DNA of 64,000 bases from a virus. Lineage: Duplodnaviria > Heunggongvirae > Uroviricota > Caudoviricetes. Below the pieces are notes generated by a model that was not told the DNA's origin, searched no databases, and worked only from the letters and a program-made list of their open reading frames with translations. Below, piece after piece: positions 46,536 through 56,716 of the stretch (position 1 is its first letter; every line of letters starts with the position of its first letter). Where the stretch lies: the IMG/VR virus record IMGVR_UViG_3300005613_000042, positions 1 to 64,000 of that record. One strand, written 5' to 3'. The translations under genes and the position numbers were made by a program.

Positions 46536-46636
46536 AAATAAAATCAATAAAAAGGGTTAAAAATGTAGAAACTTGCTATGATATACAAGTTCCTGATAGA
46601 CATTGCTATTATGCAAATGGAATATTAGTACATAAT
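46532..46636 (+). mobile_element. split intein, C-terminal fragment (IntC, 35 aa)
   Basis: Canonical ...GILVHN followed by Thr. Same reading frame as the IntN ORF. Confidence 0.65.
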
Positions 46637-47704
46637 ACGGATGGACAAAATTTATTCATCACTTGGGCTAATGGAAAATTGAGAGCCGCTCGTAACACAA
46701 GTGATTTGAAAAGGGGTGGTATGGATGTTAAGGCTGTTGCAGCTAAGTTTGCAGGTCGTGGTAATATTGAGAAAGCATTCAATTCAGCTATGAATGATTT
46801 ATCAAAAGCTATTGGTTCACTAACAGACGCTCAAAAAGAGAAGATATTCGCTAATGGCGGTAATTGGGTAAATATGGAAATTATATATCCACCATCAGCT
46901 AATGTTATTTCATATGACGCTCCATATTTACAATTCCACAATGTATTGAGTTATTCAGGTTCCACTCCAACTGGTGAGATAACAGATGGTGCCAGAATAT
47001 TAGCCGGTATGATAAAACAAGTCAATGCGAATTTGCAAAAAACCTTTTCAATAATTGGACCGAACGTATTGACGTTAAAGGGTAGTACTGATTTTTCCGA
47101 AAAACAAGATTACTTCATAAACAAAGTTAAAAAATTACAATCTGAATTTAAGTTAAGTGATACCGCAACATTATCTGAATATCATCAAGCATGGTGGGAA
47201 CGGTTTGTGGAAAAGATGTTTCCAAACATTGATAATAGGACTAAAATGGAATTAGTTACACGATGGGCTTTTGGTGACAAGAGTTTCCGTTTAAATAAAA
47301 AAAATATCACAGATGAAACCCTCTTAGCAAAAGCTATAAAATTCGATAAGCAAAATCATCAAGACCAAATCAAGAAAAATATGTTCCCATTTGAAACACT
47401 TATTTTTGAACTTGGTGTAGAGGTCTTGAAAAATGTGGAGGGTTTCTTAGCTGCAAATCCAAATAAGACTATTCAAGGTATACGAAATGCAGTTGCAAAA
47501 TCAATTAGAGATGTTCGTAAAGGTGGTGATTTGAAAAAACTAAAAAGAATAGACCAACAGTTAGCTAAAATAAAGGCTATTGGTGGTTGGAATGCGATAG
47601 TTCCATCTGAGGGAATTGTTATGGTATACAGGGGTAACACCTACAAATTGACTGGAGCCTTCGCGCCCATAAATCAAATAACCGGGTTGATGAATTTTGA
47701 TTAA
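46532..47704 (+). CDS. C-terminal half of the fractured gene: split-intein C-fragment (35 aa) + ligase-like nucleotidyltransferase C-extein
   Basis: Start MKIKSIKRVKNVETCYDIQVPDRHCYYANGILVHN|TDGQN (intein blocks F and G, +1 Thr). The predicted splice product has ...EKTDGQNLF (KxDGxN motif I). A motif-III-like NMEIIYPPSANVISY and C-terminal EGIVMVYRGNTYKLTG (motif IV/V-like) follow. Confidence 0.6.
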   Translation: MKIKSIKRVKNVETCYDIQVPDRHCYYANGILVHNTDGQNLFITWANGKLRAARNTSDLKRGGMDVKAVAAKFAGRGNIEKAFNSAMNDLSKAIGSLTDAQKEKIFANGGNWVNMEIIYPPSANVISYDAPYLQFHNVLSYSGSTPTGEITDGARILAGMIKQVNANLQKTFSIIGPNVLTLKGSTDFSEKQDYFINKVKKLQSEFKLSDTATLSEYHQAWWERFVEKMFPNIDNRTKMELVTRWAFGDKSFRLNKKNITDETLLAKAIKFDKQNHQDQIKKNMFPFETLIFELGVEVLKNVEGFLAANPNKTIQGIRNAVAKSIRDVRKGGDLKKLKRIDQQLAKIKAIGGWNAIVPSEGIVMVYRGNTYKLTGAFAPINQITGLMNFD

Positions 47705-47721
47705 ATTAAAGGACATATTAC

Positions 47722-48156
47722 TTGAATCGTTTGATTGGAAATCTCACACAAGGGGTGATATCTATTACCCACCTGTTAATTTGGGGGTTCACTAGAGATA
47801 TGATGCCACAGATAGAAGATAAGTATCAAACTACATTTTTTAGGTATTTGAGGGACAATCTTATTAAATTCACGAAACGATTAGTTCATGTTCGTGAATT
47901 ACGACCAGCTCAAACCGAACTTAGAGTTGATATTGCACATAAGTTATTAAAATCTAATTCTACTAAACTTAAAAAACCTATTATAGTATCTTCAGATAAT
48001 TATTTAATGGATGGTCACCATCGTTGGTTTGCTTTTATACTTGATGATGCAAATATGAAAGTAAATGTTGTTAAAGTAGATTTACCTGGATCAAAGCTAC
48101 TTGATATGATGAATAAGTTTGATTATGTAGTAACCAAACCAATAGATAATAAGTAA
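47722..48156 (+). CDS. ParB/sulfiredoxin-like nuclease domain protein
   Basis: KPIIVSSDNYLMDGHHRWFA (DGxHR motif). Confidence 0.55.
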   Translation: MNRLIGNLTQGVISITHLLIWGFTRDMMPQIEDKYQTTFFRYLRDNLIKFTKRLVHVRELRPAQTELRVDIAHKLLKSNSTKLKKPIIVSSDNYLMDGHHRWFAFILDDANMKVNVVKVDLPGSKLLDMMNKFDYVVTKPIDNK

Positions 48157-48166
48157 AATAATAGTT

Positions 48167-48745
48167 ATGAAAAAAAATATAAGTGAAAGTAAAGTAAAGC
48201 GTATGCGAAATATTGTTAAGGGTAACTACAACGATAAAACTCGCATTCAATCTGGGTATAGTAAAATTAATACTCAATATAAAGAGGGTGATGTGTGGGA
48301 AGAACGCGGTAAAACTTGGACTATTAAGAACGGTATCAAACAAAATATCACTAAATTGGATTTGGCCAGGAAACAATTAATACCTCCAATTTCATGTCCA
48401 AAATGCGATGGTCCCATGAATCATGATTTATCAAAGTATTATTGGCAAAAATTAGGTATGTGTAAAAATTGCACCGTCAAATTTCATACTAGGTTAAAAA
48501 TAGATGGTAAGTGGAATGAATATGTTGAAGAGTTACAGGGTAAAAATTTTGAATTTTGGCTAGATGATATTAAAAAAGAATATGAAGAGTGGTTAGACAC
48601 TAGTACTAAAAAGTATATTACAGAAACTGGTTATGTTGAAAATTGGACAGGTGGTAAATCTAAGGAAGATCTATTGTCTGATTTTAATAAAAAACTAAAC
48701 AATATCAAGGAGAAATCGGATGCCAACACAAAAGGAATTGATTGA
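48167..48745 (+). CDS. zinc-ribbon protein (192 aa)
   Basis: CPKCDGPMNHD ... CKNCTVKFH. Confidence 0.45.
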   Translation: MKKNISESKVKRMRNIVKGNYNDKTRIQSGYSKINTQYKEGDVWEERGKTWTIKNGIKQNITKLDLARKQLIPPISCPKCDGPMNHDLSKYYWQKLGMCKNCTVKFHTRLKIDGKWNEYVEELQGKNFEFWLDDIKKEYEEWLDTSTKKYITETGYVENWTGGKSKEDLLSDFNKKLNNIKEKSDANTKGID

Positions 48746-49073
48746 ACAATTAGTTTCTGAAATATCTGTTATAAAACGTGGGTTGCCTAATGGGGAACTT
48801 ACTGTTTTAAAAACTAGTTTAGATGAGTTGAAGGAAAGTGTTTCAAAACTAGAATATAGATTGTTGAATCCAGATGATGGTATCATTGTAGAGACAAATA
48901 AGAATTCTTGGCATCGTAAACAGATGGACGATAAAATTAAAGAACATGATGAGAAACTTTCAGATTTAGATAAACTAATTACATGGAAAGAAAATGTTCA
49001 AAAAGCTCTTTGGGTCGTTTATTCTGCTATAATTGGTATGATAATTAAAATAATAACTGAGTTGTTTAAATGA
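48720..49073 (+). CDS. hypothetical protein with C-terminal transmembrane helix (117 aa)
   Basis: ORF on the + strand. Confidence 0.45.
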   Translation: MPTQKELIEQLVSEISVIKRGLPNGELTVLKTSLDELKESVSKLEYRLLNPDDGIIVETNKNSWHRKQMDDKIKEHDEKLSDLDKLITWKENVQKALWVVYSAIIGMIIKIITELFK

Positions 49074-49157
49074 GTATAATAGGAATTTTCACATTGGTAA
49101 TTATCTCAGTTATATTGGGTAAGCAAGTTTGTAAACTAACTGATAGAAAGTCAAAAC

Positions 49158-49646
49158 ATGATAGATAAAATATTTACAGGAGCGGCCGGAGAACTTTTTG
49201 AAAAAGTTAGTGGGCTTGTTGATGATTTGGTAACAACTAAAGAAGAAAAGTTAGCCGCAAAACTTGAAATGCGTGAGTTGATTCTCCAGGCAGAACGTGA
49301 TGCTGAACTGAGAGTAAGTGAACGTTGGGACTATGATATGAAATCGGATAACAAATTATCCAAAAATATCAGACCAATTGTATTGATTTTCCTAACAACA
49401 GTTTTTGTGTTTATTTCATTTTTCGATGGAAATGTTGGGCATTTTGAACTAGATGAGGCATATAAGAACATTTATCAAACGTTACTTATGACTGTGTATG
49501 GTGCTTATTTTGCAGGTAGAAGTTTCGAAAAGGTAAACTTGGGCACCAAGACAATAGATGCGGAGGTAGAAATGGGCGACCCAAGTAATAGATTATCAAG
49601 ACGAGAAAAGCGACGTTCTCGTAAGGAAAATGGTGAGACTGGATAA
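49158..49646 (+). CDS. membrane protein (162 aa) with basic C-terminal tail
   Basis: Central hydrophobic segment. Immediately upstream of the terminase gene. Confidence 0.45.
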   Translation: MIDKIFTGAAGELFEKVSGLVDDLVTTKEEKLAAKLEMRELILQAERDAELRVSERWDYDMKSDNKLSKNIRPIVLIFLTTVFVFISFFDGNVGHFELDEAYKNIYQTLLMTVYGAYFAGRSFEKVNLGTKTIDAEVEMGDPSNRLSRREKRRSRKENGETG

Positions 49647-51244
49647 TGAGTAATCAAAAAAAAAGTTCTGTTAATATAAAACAACTTATTATAGAAGAAT
49701 ATAAGAAGTGTGCCGCTGACCCAGTATACTTCATGAAGAAATATTGTTATATTCAACATCCTGTTAAGGGTAAGATGTTATTTAATCTTTACCCATTTCA
49801 GGAAAAGGCATTACTTGATATTGACCAACATCGTTATGAAATTGTATTGAAATCCCGTCAGTTGGGTATTTCAACGTTAGTAGCCGGGTTTGCTCTTTGG
49901 AAAATGACTTTTGTGGAGGACTATAACGTTTTAGTTATTGCCACCAGTCGTGAAGTTGCAAAAAACTTGGTTACAAAGGTTAGGGTTATGTATGATTATC
50001 TACCCAGTTGGTTGAAAAATCAAACTGAAGAAGATAATAAACTTTCTCTTAGATTCAAAAATGGTTCTCAGATAAAGGCATCATCTGCCAGTGGTACCGC
50101 GGGTCGTTCAGAGGCACTATCTCTTTTGGTATTTGACGAGGCCGCTTTTATTGATAGAATTGATGAGATATGGACCGCCGCTCAACAAACATTGGCTACT
50201 GGTGGTCGTTGTATTGCATTAAGTACCCCAAATGGAACTGGTAATTGGTTTCATAAACAATGGGTAGCCGGTGAAGAAGGTGGTGGTGAATTTAACACAC
50301 TACGGTTACACTGGACGGTTCACCCAGACCGTGACCAAGAATGGCGTGATGAGCAAGATTCATTACTTGGATCCAAGATGGCCGCTCAAGAATGTGACTG
50401 TTCGTTTATAAGCTCGGGTAATACTCTTATTGATGGTGAATTAATTCAATGGTTTGAATCAACTCAAGTAGAAGATCCAATCGGTAAACGTGGTCCAAAT
50501 GATGAATTGTGGATATGGGAATATCCCGACTACACACGAGACTATATGTTGGTAGCTGACGTTGCTAGAGGGGATGGGGGTGATTATTCAGCATTCCATG
50601 TAATTGATACAGAAGCATGCAAACAAGTAGCAGAGTATCGTGGTCAACTTGGTACAAAGGATTATGGTAATATGTTGGTAAACATTGCCACAGAATACAA
50701 TAATGCATTATTGGTTATTGAAAACGCAAATATTGGGTGGGCAGCCATACAACCCGCGTTAGACCGTGGGTATAATAATCTTTATTACACGTATAAACAC
50801 GAAGGTGTAACTGATGCTACTGTCCAACTTAAAAAGGGGTATGATATAAAAGATAAAACTCAGATGACACCCGGATTCACTACATCTGCTAAAACACGTC
50901 CACTTTTGGTTTCGAAACTTGATATTTATACACGAGAGAAAGCATGTACTATTCGTTCAAAACGTTTGGTTGATGAATGGTATGTGTTTATCTGGAATGG
51001 CAACAAATGTGAAGCACAACGTGGATATAATGATGACTTGACTATGGCGTTTTCTATTGGACTTTTTGTCAGAGATTATGCATTGAAGTTGAGAAATGAT
51101 GGACTTGAAATCAATCGAAACACACTTAAATTATTCCACAAAACAGGAACTTCCCAATATAAATCGTTTACACCAAGCAACCAATCAAATCCATGGAGTA
51201 TGGATGTTAACGGTCAAAGAGAAGGCTTGGATTGGCTTTTATAA
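49646..51244 (+). CDS. terL: terminase large subunit (T4 gp17-like)
   Basis: Walker A LKSRQLGISTL, Walker B LLVFDEAAF and a C-terminal nuclease region. 532 aa. Confidence 0.75.
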   Translation: MSNQKKSSVNIKQLIIEEYKKCAADPVYFMKKYCYIQHPVKGKMLFNLYPFQEKALLDIDQHRYEIVLKSRQLGISTLVAGFALWKMTFVEDYNVLVIATSREVAKNLVTKVRVMYDYLPSWLKNQTEEDNKLSLRFKNGSQIKASSASGTAGRSEALSLLVFDEAAFIDRIDEIWTAAQQTLATGGRCIALSTPNGTGNWFHKQWVAGEEGGGEFNTLRLHWTVHPDRDQEWRDEQDSLLGSKMAAQECDCSFISSGNTLIDGELIQWFESTQVEDPIGKRGPNDELWIWEYPDYTRDYMLVADVARGDGGDYSAFHVIDTEACKQVAEYRGQLGTKDYGNMLVNIATEYNNALLVIENANIGWAAIQPALDRGYNNLYYTYKHEGVTDATVQLKKGYDIKDKTQMTPGFTTSAKTRPLLVSKLDIYTREKACTIRSKRLVDEWYVFIWNGNKCEAQRGYNDDLTMAFSIGLFVRDYALKLRNDGLEINRNTLKLFHKTGTSQYKSFTPSNQSNPWSMDVNGQREGLDWLL

Positions 51245-51255
51245 AATAAAACATT

Positions 51256-53028
51256 ATGGCGGATAAATCTTTTTTTGGTAGACTTAAATCTTTATTTTCT
51301 ACATCTACTATAATTACACGCGGTGATAGTGGCATTAAAGTAGTTGATATAAACAAAGTACAAGCTACAGATAGGTTGGCTACTAACAGATTAGTAGATA
51401 GGTACAACAGATTGTATCAGAGTTCACAGACACTTGGGTACAATCAACAAGCAAACTATTTCACACAACGTTTGATTTTGTTTAATGATTATGAGGCTAT
51501 GGACCAAGATCCAATAATAGCTTCTGCTTTAGATATCTATGCTGAAGAATCCACATTAAAAAATGAATATGGAGATGTTATTAAAATTCAAAGTTCAAAA
51601 AGTGAAATTGAAGAAACATTAAATAATCTTTTTTATAATATATTGAATATAGAATTTAATCTATATCCATGGACTCGTAATATGTGTAAGTATGGTGATT
51701 TTTATTTGAAATTGGAAATCACAGAAGAATTGGGTATTACAAATGTAATTCCTATTTCCACATATGAGATATTACGTGAGGAAATGATTGACCCTAAACG
51801 CCCTGAATATGTTAGATTTAAACATGATCCAAGTGTTGGTGGTCAGAGTATGGCTATGGGTAATTCTATGACACGTGAAAAGTATTATGAAAATTACGAA
51901 ATAGGGCATTTTAGATTAATATCAGATACCAATTTTTTACCATACGGTAAATCTATGATTGAACCAGCTCGTAAAATATGGAAGCAAGTAACTCTTATGG
52001 AAGACGCTATGATGATACATCGTATCATGAGAGCGCCAGAAAGACGCATCTTTAAAATTGATATCGGTAATATACCACCAAATGAGGTTGAACAATACAT
52101 GCAAAGAATTGTTAATGAAACCAAAAAACAACCTTACTTGGATAGAGATACTGGTCAGTATGACTTAAAATATAATTTAACAAATATGATGGAAGATTAT
52201 TATCTTCCGGTCAGAGGTGGCCAAAGTGGTACTGAGATTGATACTCTAAGTGGTATGGAATGGACTGGTATTGATGATATCAATTACTTGAAAGAAAAGA
52301 TGTTTGCTGCATTAAAAGTACCAAAAGCTTTTATTGGATATGAAGAGGGAGTTGAAGGTAAAGCAACTCTTGCTGCACAAGATGTTAGATTTGCTAGAAC
52401 CATTGAACGTATTCAAAAAATAATTATAAGTGAATTGACCAAAATAGCAATCGTACACCTTTTTTCACAGGGATATACTGATGCCGATTTGGTAGATTTT
52501 GAGATTACCTTAACAAATTCATCTACAATTCACGAGCAGGAAATGATTGAACTATGGTCTCAGAAAACTCAATTGGCTAGCGATTTAAAGGATAACAAGA
52601 TGGTTTCTGAAAATTGGATTTACGAACATGTTTGGAAAATGAGCGATGATGAACGTGAACGAGAGCGTGCCAATGTAGTTGAGGATGCTAAAACTATGTT
52701 TAGGTTGCAACAAATTGAAAGTGAGGGTAGTGACCCCAAAAACCCACCCACCGGTCCGACAGATGATACCGATGAGGGGGGTGATGAAACTTTCGATGAA
52801 GATGTTGACTTTGGAGGTAGGCCAAAGGAAGGTAAAAAATACGGAACCCAAGATTCAGCCCGAGGTAGAGACCCATTGGGCAGTCAAACTAGACGTAGGG
52901 ATGTGAAAAATAGAGATAGAACCGTAACACTTGGTGAAAAGGCTCAAATGGTAAAATCATTATTTGGCGGTGAAAAATATAATGTTAAAAGTTTGTTAAG
53001 TGAAGATAATATAATTAATGATATTTAA
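51256..53028 (+). CDS. portal protein (gp20-like)
   Basis: 590-aa ORF immediately after terL, in T4 gene order (terL, portal, core proteins, protease, scaffold, capsid). Charged C-terminus. Confidence 0.55.
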   Translation: MADKSFFGRLKSLFSTSTIITRGDSGIKVVDINKVQATDRLATNRLVDRYNRLYQSSQTLGYNQQANYFTQRLILFNDYEAMDQDPIIASALDIYAEESTLKNEYGDVIKIQSSKSEIEETLNNLFYNILNIEFNLYPWTRNMCKYGDFYLKLEITEELGITNVIPISTYEILREEMIDPKRPEYVRFKHDPSVGGQSMAMGNSMTREKYYENYEIGHFRLISDTNFLPYGKSMIEPARKIWKQVTLMEDAMMIHRIMRAPERRIFKIDIGNIPPNEVEQYMQRIVNETKKQPYLDRDTGQYDLKYNLTNMMEDYYLPVRGGQSGTEIDTLSGMEWTGIDDINYLKEKMFAALKVPKAFIGYEEGVEGKATLAAQDVRFARTIERIQKIIISELTKIAIVHLFSQGYTDADLVDFEITLTNSSTIHEQEMIELWSQKTQLASDLKDNKMVSENWIYEHVWKMSDDERERERANVVEDAKTMFRLQQIESEGSDPKNPPTGPTDDTDEGGDETFDEDVDFGGRPKEGKKYGTQDSARGRDPLGSQTRRRDVKNRDRTVTLGEKAQMVKSLFGGEKYNVKSLLSEDNIINDI

Positions 53029-53070
53029 TAAATTATCTTATACTTATATAAAGGAAATCTTTATAATTAA

Positions 53071-53922
53071 ATGAAACCTAAACACAAAAAATATAAAAAT
53101 ACTGGTATATTATTCGAGTTGTTGGTTAGACAAATAACTAATGATACACTCGATGGTGTGGAAAATTCACCAGCCATACGTATTGTAAAAGAATATTTTA
53201 AGAAAAACACTACCATAAAACGGGAGTTGTTGTTATATCAAGCCATTCATAAAAGTAAATTTAAAACCGAAGAAAAGGCAAATCGATTTATTGATGCCGT
53301 AGTTGAAGAATGGGGCAAATTGAACAAATCAGTACTTAGGAAGCAAAAGTACAATTTGATAAAGGAAATTAGAAGTAATTTCAATGAAGAATTGTTTTTC
53401 AAAACAGAAATTTCAAATTACAAGTTAAACGCATCCATATATAGGATGTTTGAAAATGCATTCAATTCTCCAGTTCAAAAAATCAATTCTAGGTATGTAA
53501 TTGTAGAATCTATGATTGGAAAAAAACCATCCAATGAATCTGTTAAAGATGATGTAATAGAAGAATACAGTAAACAAGATAAAGATTTGAGATTATTGGC
53601 ATACAAAGTTTTATTGGAAAAGTTCAATGAAAAGTATGGTAGTTTAGATGGCAATCAAAAAATAGTTCTTAGAGAATATATTAATAATGTATCTAACACC
53701 CCAAACTTAAAGGAGTTTATTGATAATACCACTATTAAAATTAGCAAATCATTGAATGTACTTTCACAAAAAGTGGATGATAAGGTTGTTAAAATCAAAT
53801 TAAAGGAAGTAATAACTCAGTTTGCAAATATAAGAGGTGATGATGTGATTAGAGATAAACACATCTTATCATTAATGCGTGGATATGAATTACTAAAGGA
53901 GTTAAAAAATGTCATCAAGTAA
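53071..53922 (+). CDS. hypothetical protein, possible prohead core component (283 aa)
   Basis: Sits between the portal and protease genes. Confidence 0.4.
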   Translation: MKPKHKKYKNTGILFELLVRQITNDTLDGVENSPAIRIVKEYFKKNTTIKRELLLYQAIHKSKFKTEEKANRFIDAVVEEWGKLNKSVLRKQKYNLIKEIRSNFNEELFFKTEISNYKLNASIYRMFENAFNSPVQKINSRYVIVESMIGKKPSNESVKDDVIEEYSKQDKDLRLLAYKVLLEKFNEKYGSLDGNQKIVLREYINNVSNTPNLKEFIDNTTIKISKSLNVLSQKVDDKVVKIKLKEVITQFANIRGDDVIRDKHILSLMRGYELLKELKNVIK

Positions 53923-54397
53923 ATCAATACAAAAGCTGGAAGAACACATTAAACGTGTTGAGGAAACTGAAAATTCTTGGATAATAGAATTTGGTAAAAG
54001 TGATGATGTTGATGAAATATCAACTTCAGCCGGTGCAGGTGCATATGACAGTAAATATGCGTTTGGTGAGTTGGATGATGATGATGTTGAAAAGGCTGGA
54101 TACACACGTGTTCCAGAATCTAAGTTTAAAAAGTTAGCAAAAACTATGTATTTGAGTGAATTGAATTACAGAGAATACAAACGTGATGACTCAATGAACT
54201 CAAAGAAAAAAGTCAATATGGCTATTAAGGAAATAAATAGTAAAATATACGAAATTGAAAGAATTGTCAACCAAAATCTAAAACTTAAAAGTGAAACTGG
54301 AGTTGATTCAAATTCTTATTGGAAATCATCAAGAGCACGCCTAAAAAAGATTTCAGAACGTATGTTTAACCTTGTTGAAAAAATAAGAAAATTTTAA
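53909..54397 (+). CDS. hypothetical protein, possible prohead core component (162 aa)
   Basis: ORF on the + strand in the head module. Confidence 0.4.
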   Translation: MSSSKSIQKLEEHIKRVEETENSWIIEFGKSDDVDEISTSAGAGAYDSKYAFGELDDDDVEKAGYTRVPESKFKKLAKTMYLSELNYREYKRDDSMNSKKKVNMAIKEINSKIYEIERIVNQNLKLKSETGVDSNSYWKSSRARLKKISERMFNLVEKIRKF

Positions 54398-54398
54398 T

Positions 54399-54731
54399 AT
54401 GTCAAGAGATAGATTTCAAAAATACGGACACCCCGGAAAATACATATCAGTTACTAAATGGCAGGGTGGTCAATTAGATTTTACTGGTAGTGCCGATTTT
54501 ATTGGTGGTATTATTGTTCCAGGACTTTCATCATCGTATACATCTACAGATGTGGTAACATTAACTGGCGGCGGTAGTATACCATTATCTGTCTTAGCAG
54601 TTAAACAACAAGGCGCGGCCGGTGCAGCTGGTTTAAACATTCACGAGTTATCAATCGCTAAAATATCAGGTTCAACGCCTAGTGAAGCCAATAGTTGCTA
54701 TATATTCACACGTAATCCACTTCTTCATTAA
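54399..54731 (+). CDS. hypothetical protein (110 aa)
   Basis: ORF on the + strand in the head module. Confidence 0.4.
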   Translation: MSRDRFQKYGHPGKYISVTKWQGGQLDFTGSADFIGGIIVPGLSSSYTSTDVVTLTGGGSIPLSVLAVKQQGAAGAAGLNIHELSIAKISGSTPSEANSCYIFTRNPLLH

Positions 54732-54843
54732 TGAAATCTAAACTTAAAGAAGGATTGACAAACGCCGATAAAGAGTTAATACGTAAGATTATACGTAGGG
54801 AGATAGCTAATGTGTTTTTTGATCTTTACATAAAAAGAACCGT

Positions 54844-55491
54844 ATGGAAACAACCATGAAGCAACTTTTAGTAGACTATACCATATTTGAAATATCACCA
54901 AAAATTATTTCAGAGTCTGAAGCTCGAAATAATGGTAAGGTGATTGTTACTGGTGTTTTGCAAAGAGCAGAAGCCGCTAATCAGAATGGTCGTGTTTATC
55001 CAAAAGAAATATTAGAACGTGAAGTAGAAAAATACAGCAAACGTGAAATCAAAGAAAATAGGGCATTAGGTGAATTGGACCATCCAGAATCTAGTGTAGT
55101 AAACTTAAAAAATGTATCACACAATGTAAAAAAGGTTTGGTGGGATGGTAATGATGTAGTTGGTGAAGTTGAAATACTGCCAACTCCATCTGGAAATATT
55201 TTAAAAGAACTACTAAAAAGTGGTGTTACTTTGGGAATTAGTTCTAGGGGTATGGGTTCTGTTGAACAAATCGAAGAGTCTGGTCAAGTTCGTGTAAAAG
55301 ATGATTTTGAACTTGTTTGTTGGGATTTTGTAAGTAATCCAAGTACACATGGAGCTTTTATGTATCCAAAGGGGATTAACGAATCCGTAGAAAATATAGT
55401 GGAAAATAAATATAAAAGAGTAGAACAAATTGTTGGTGATATTCTTTGCGACTTGACTTGTAAATGTGCATTACCAAAAAGAAAAATTTAA
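54844..55491 (+). CDS. prohead core protease (T4 gp21 / Peptidase_U9-like)
   Basis: VTGVLQRAEAANQNGRVYPKEILEREV ... LGELDHPES ... GISSRGMGS. Sits between the portal and scaffold/capsid genes. Confidence 0.55.
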   Translation: METTMKQLLVDYTIFEISPKIISESEARNNGKVIVTGVLQRAEAANQNGRVYPKEILEREVEKYSKREIKENRALGELDHPESSVVNLKNVSHNVKKVWWDGNDVVGEVEILPTPSGNILKELLKSGVTLGISSRGMGSVEQIEESGQVRVKDDFELVCWDFVSNPSTHGAFMYPKGINESVENIVENKYKRVEQIVGDILCDLTCKCALPKRKI

Positions 55492-56234
55492 ATATGATTA
55501 AACTATCAAAACTATTAACTGAATCAAAGGATAAAGTTAATATAACAGAAGAAGAAAAAAGTGGTATTATGGAACGTATTTCAAACTTTTCTAAGTTTGG
55601 TGAACGCGTTTATCGTACTGATGAATTGAAAAGAGTTGTTTCTGAAATAAATGAACTTTGTGAACAAGCCTCAAATTTGGTACTACAAGAAACTGCCGAT
55701 TGGTTTGATTATGTTACTGTAAACAGAGATGTAAAGGAAATTAAAAACGCCACCAAAATGTTTGAGAAAACTGCCGGTGAAGTAATCCAACTTCAACAAA
55801 GACTTGAATCATTGTATGAAGATATTGGATATAGATTGGGTAAATATTATGAAATCAAAGAAAATACCGATTTCATAGATGATGAAGAAGCAGAGCAAGA
55901 TTTTGAGGATTTACCAGATAAAGATATTGACAATGATGGTGATGTAGATGATAGTGATGAATATTTAAAACACAAATTGAGTGTTATCGCCAAAAAAACT
56001 GAATCGGTCAATGAAGAAACCATTACAGAAGCTTTCTTTAGTAGTGCCCAACTTGGTAGATTGAAAGATGAGTTTAGCAAAATTTCAAAAGTAGACCCAA
56101 ATTCATCACAGTATAAAAGAATGGTAAATTTAATGGATAATATCCCAGCTGATGGGTTAAAACAAATAGCTGACGCTAATATTAACTTTTTAAGTACAAT
56201 GGCGAAAACTAGAATAAAACGAGCAAACCGTTGA
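55464..56234 (+). CDS. acidic coiled-coil protein, scaffold/prohead core candidate (256 aa)
   Basis: Glu/Asp-rich (DDEEAEQDFEDLPDKDIDNDGDVDDSDE). Confidence 0.45.
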   Translation: MCITKKKNLNMIKLSKLLTESKDKVNITEEEKSGIMERISNFSKFGERVYRTDELKRVVSEINELCEQASNLVLQETADWFDYVTVNRDVKEIKNATKMFEKTAGEVIQLQQRLESLYEDIGYRLGKYYEIKENTDFIDDEEAEQDFEDLPDKDIDNDGDVDDSDEYLKHKLSVIAKKTESVNEETITEAFFSSAQLGRLKDEFSKISKVDPNSSQYKRMVNLMDNIPADGLKQIADANINFLSTMAKTRIKRANR

Positions 56235-56288
56235 ACATGCATCTATTGATGTAATCAAATGATAAATTACATATTAAATTAATAAATT

Positions 56289-56573
56289 ATGAGACCTGAA
56301 AGTTATGACCTGTACGGATTTCCAAATTCAGTAGGAGTTCCAGAGGATGGATTAGATACGGCTATTAAAATCTGGAAAGGTAAATTACGAGATTCAGATA
56401 CTATAATGAATCTTAAAAACAGAAAGCAGTATGTGAAGCCATCGGTAGAAAATCGTAAACAGATGAATAAAGCAAAATACTATCAAAAGTTAGAAGCGGA
56501 TAAGATTAAACGAGAAAGAAAACGGTCTACCTGTTGGTCGGATAAATACATGATTATACCCAAACCAAAATGA
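56289..56573 (+). CDS. hypothetical basic protein (94 aa)
   Basis: ORF on the + strand. Confidence 0.4.
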   Translation: MRPESYDLYGFPNSVGVPEDGLDTAIKIWKGKLRDSDTIMNLKNRKQYVKPSVENRKQMNKAKYYQKLEADKIKRERKRSTCWSDKYMIIPKPK

Positions 56574-56716
56574 GGTTTGAAAAATATCTGTATATTTATA
56601 TTATGTAATGTGAAAAATATGTTGTCACGAATATGACATAAATCACATTTTTATTATATTTTTTATTGTAGCTCCTAATAGCTATATTTCCAAATACAAA
56701 TTTAAGGAGATTTAAT

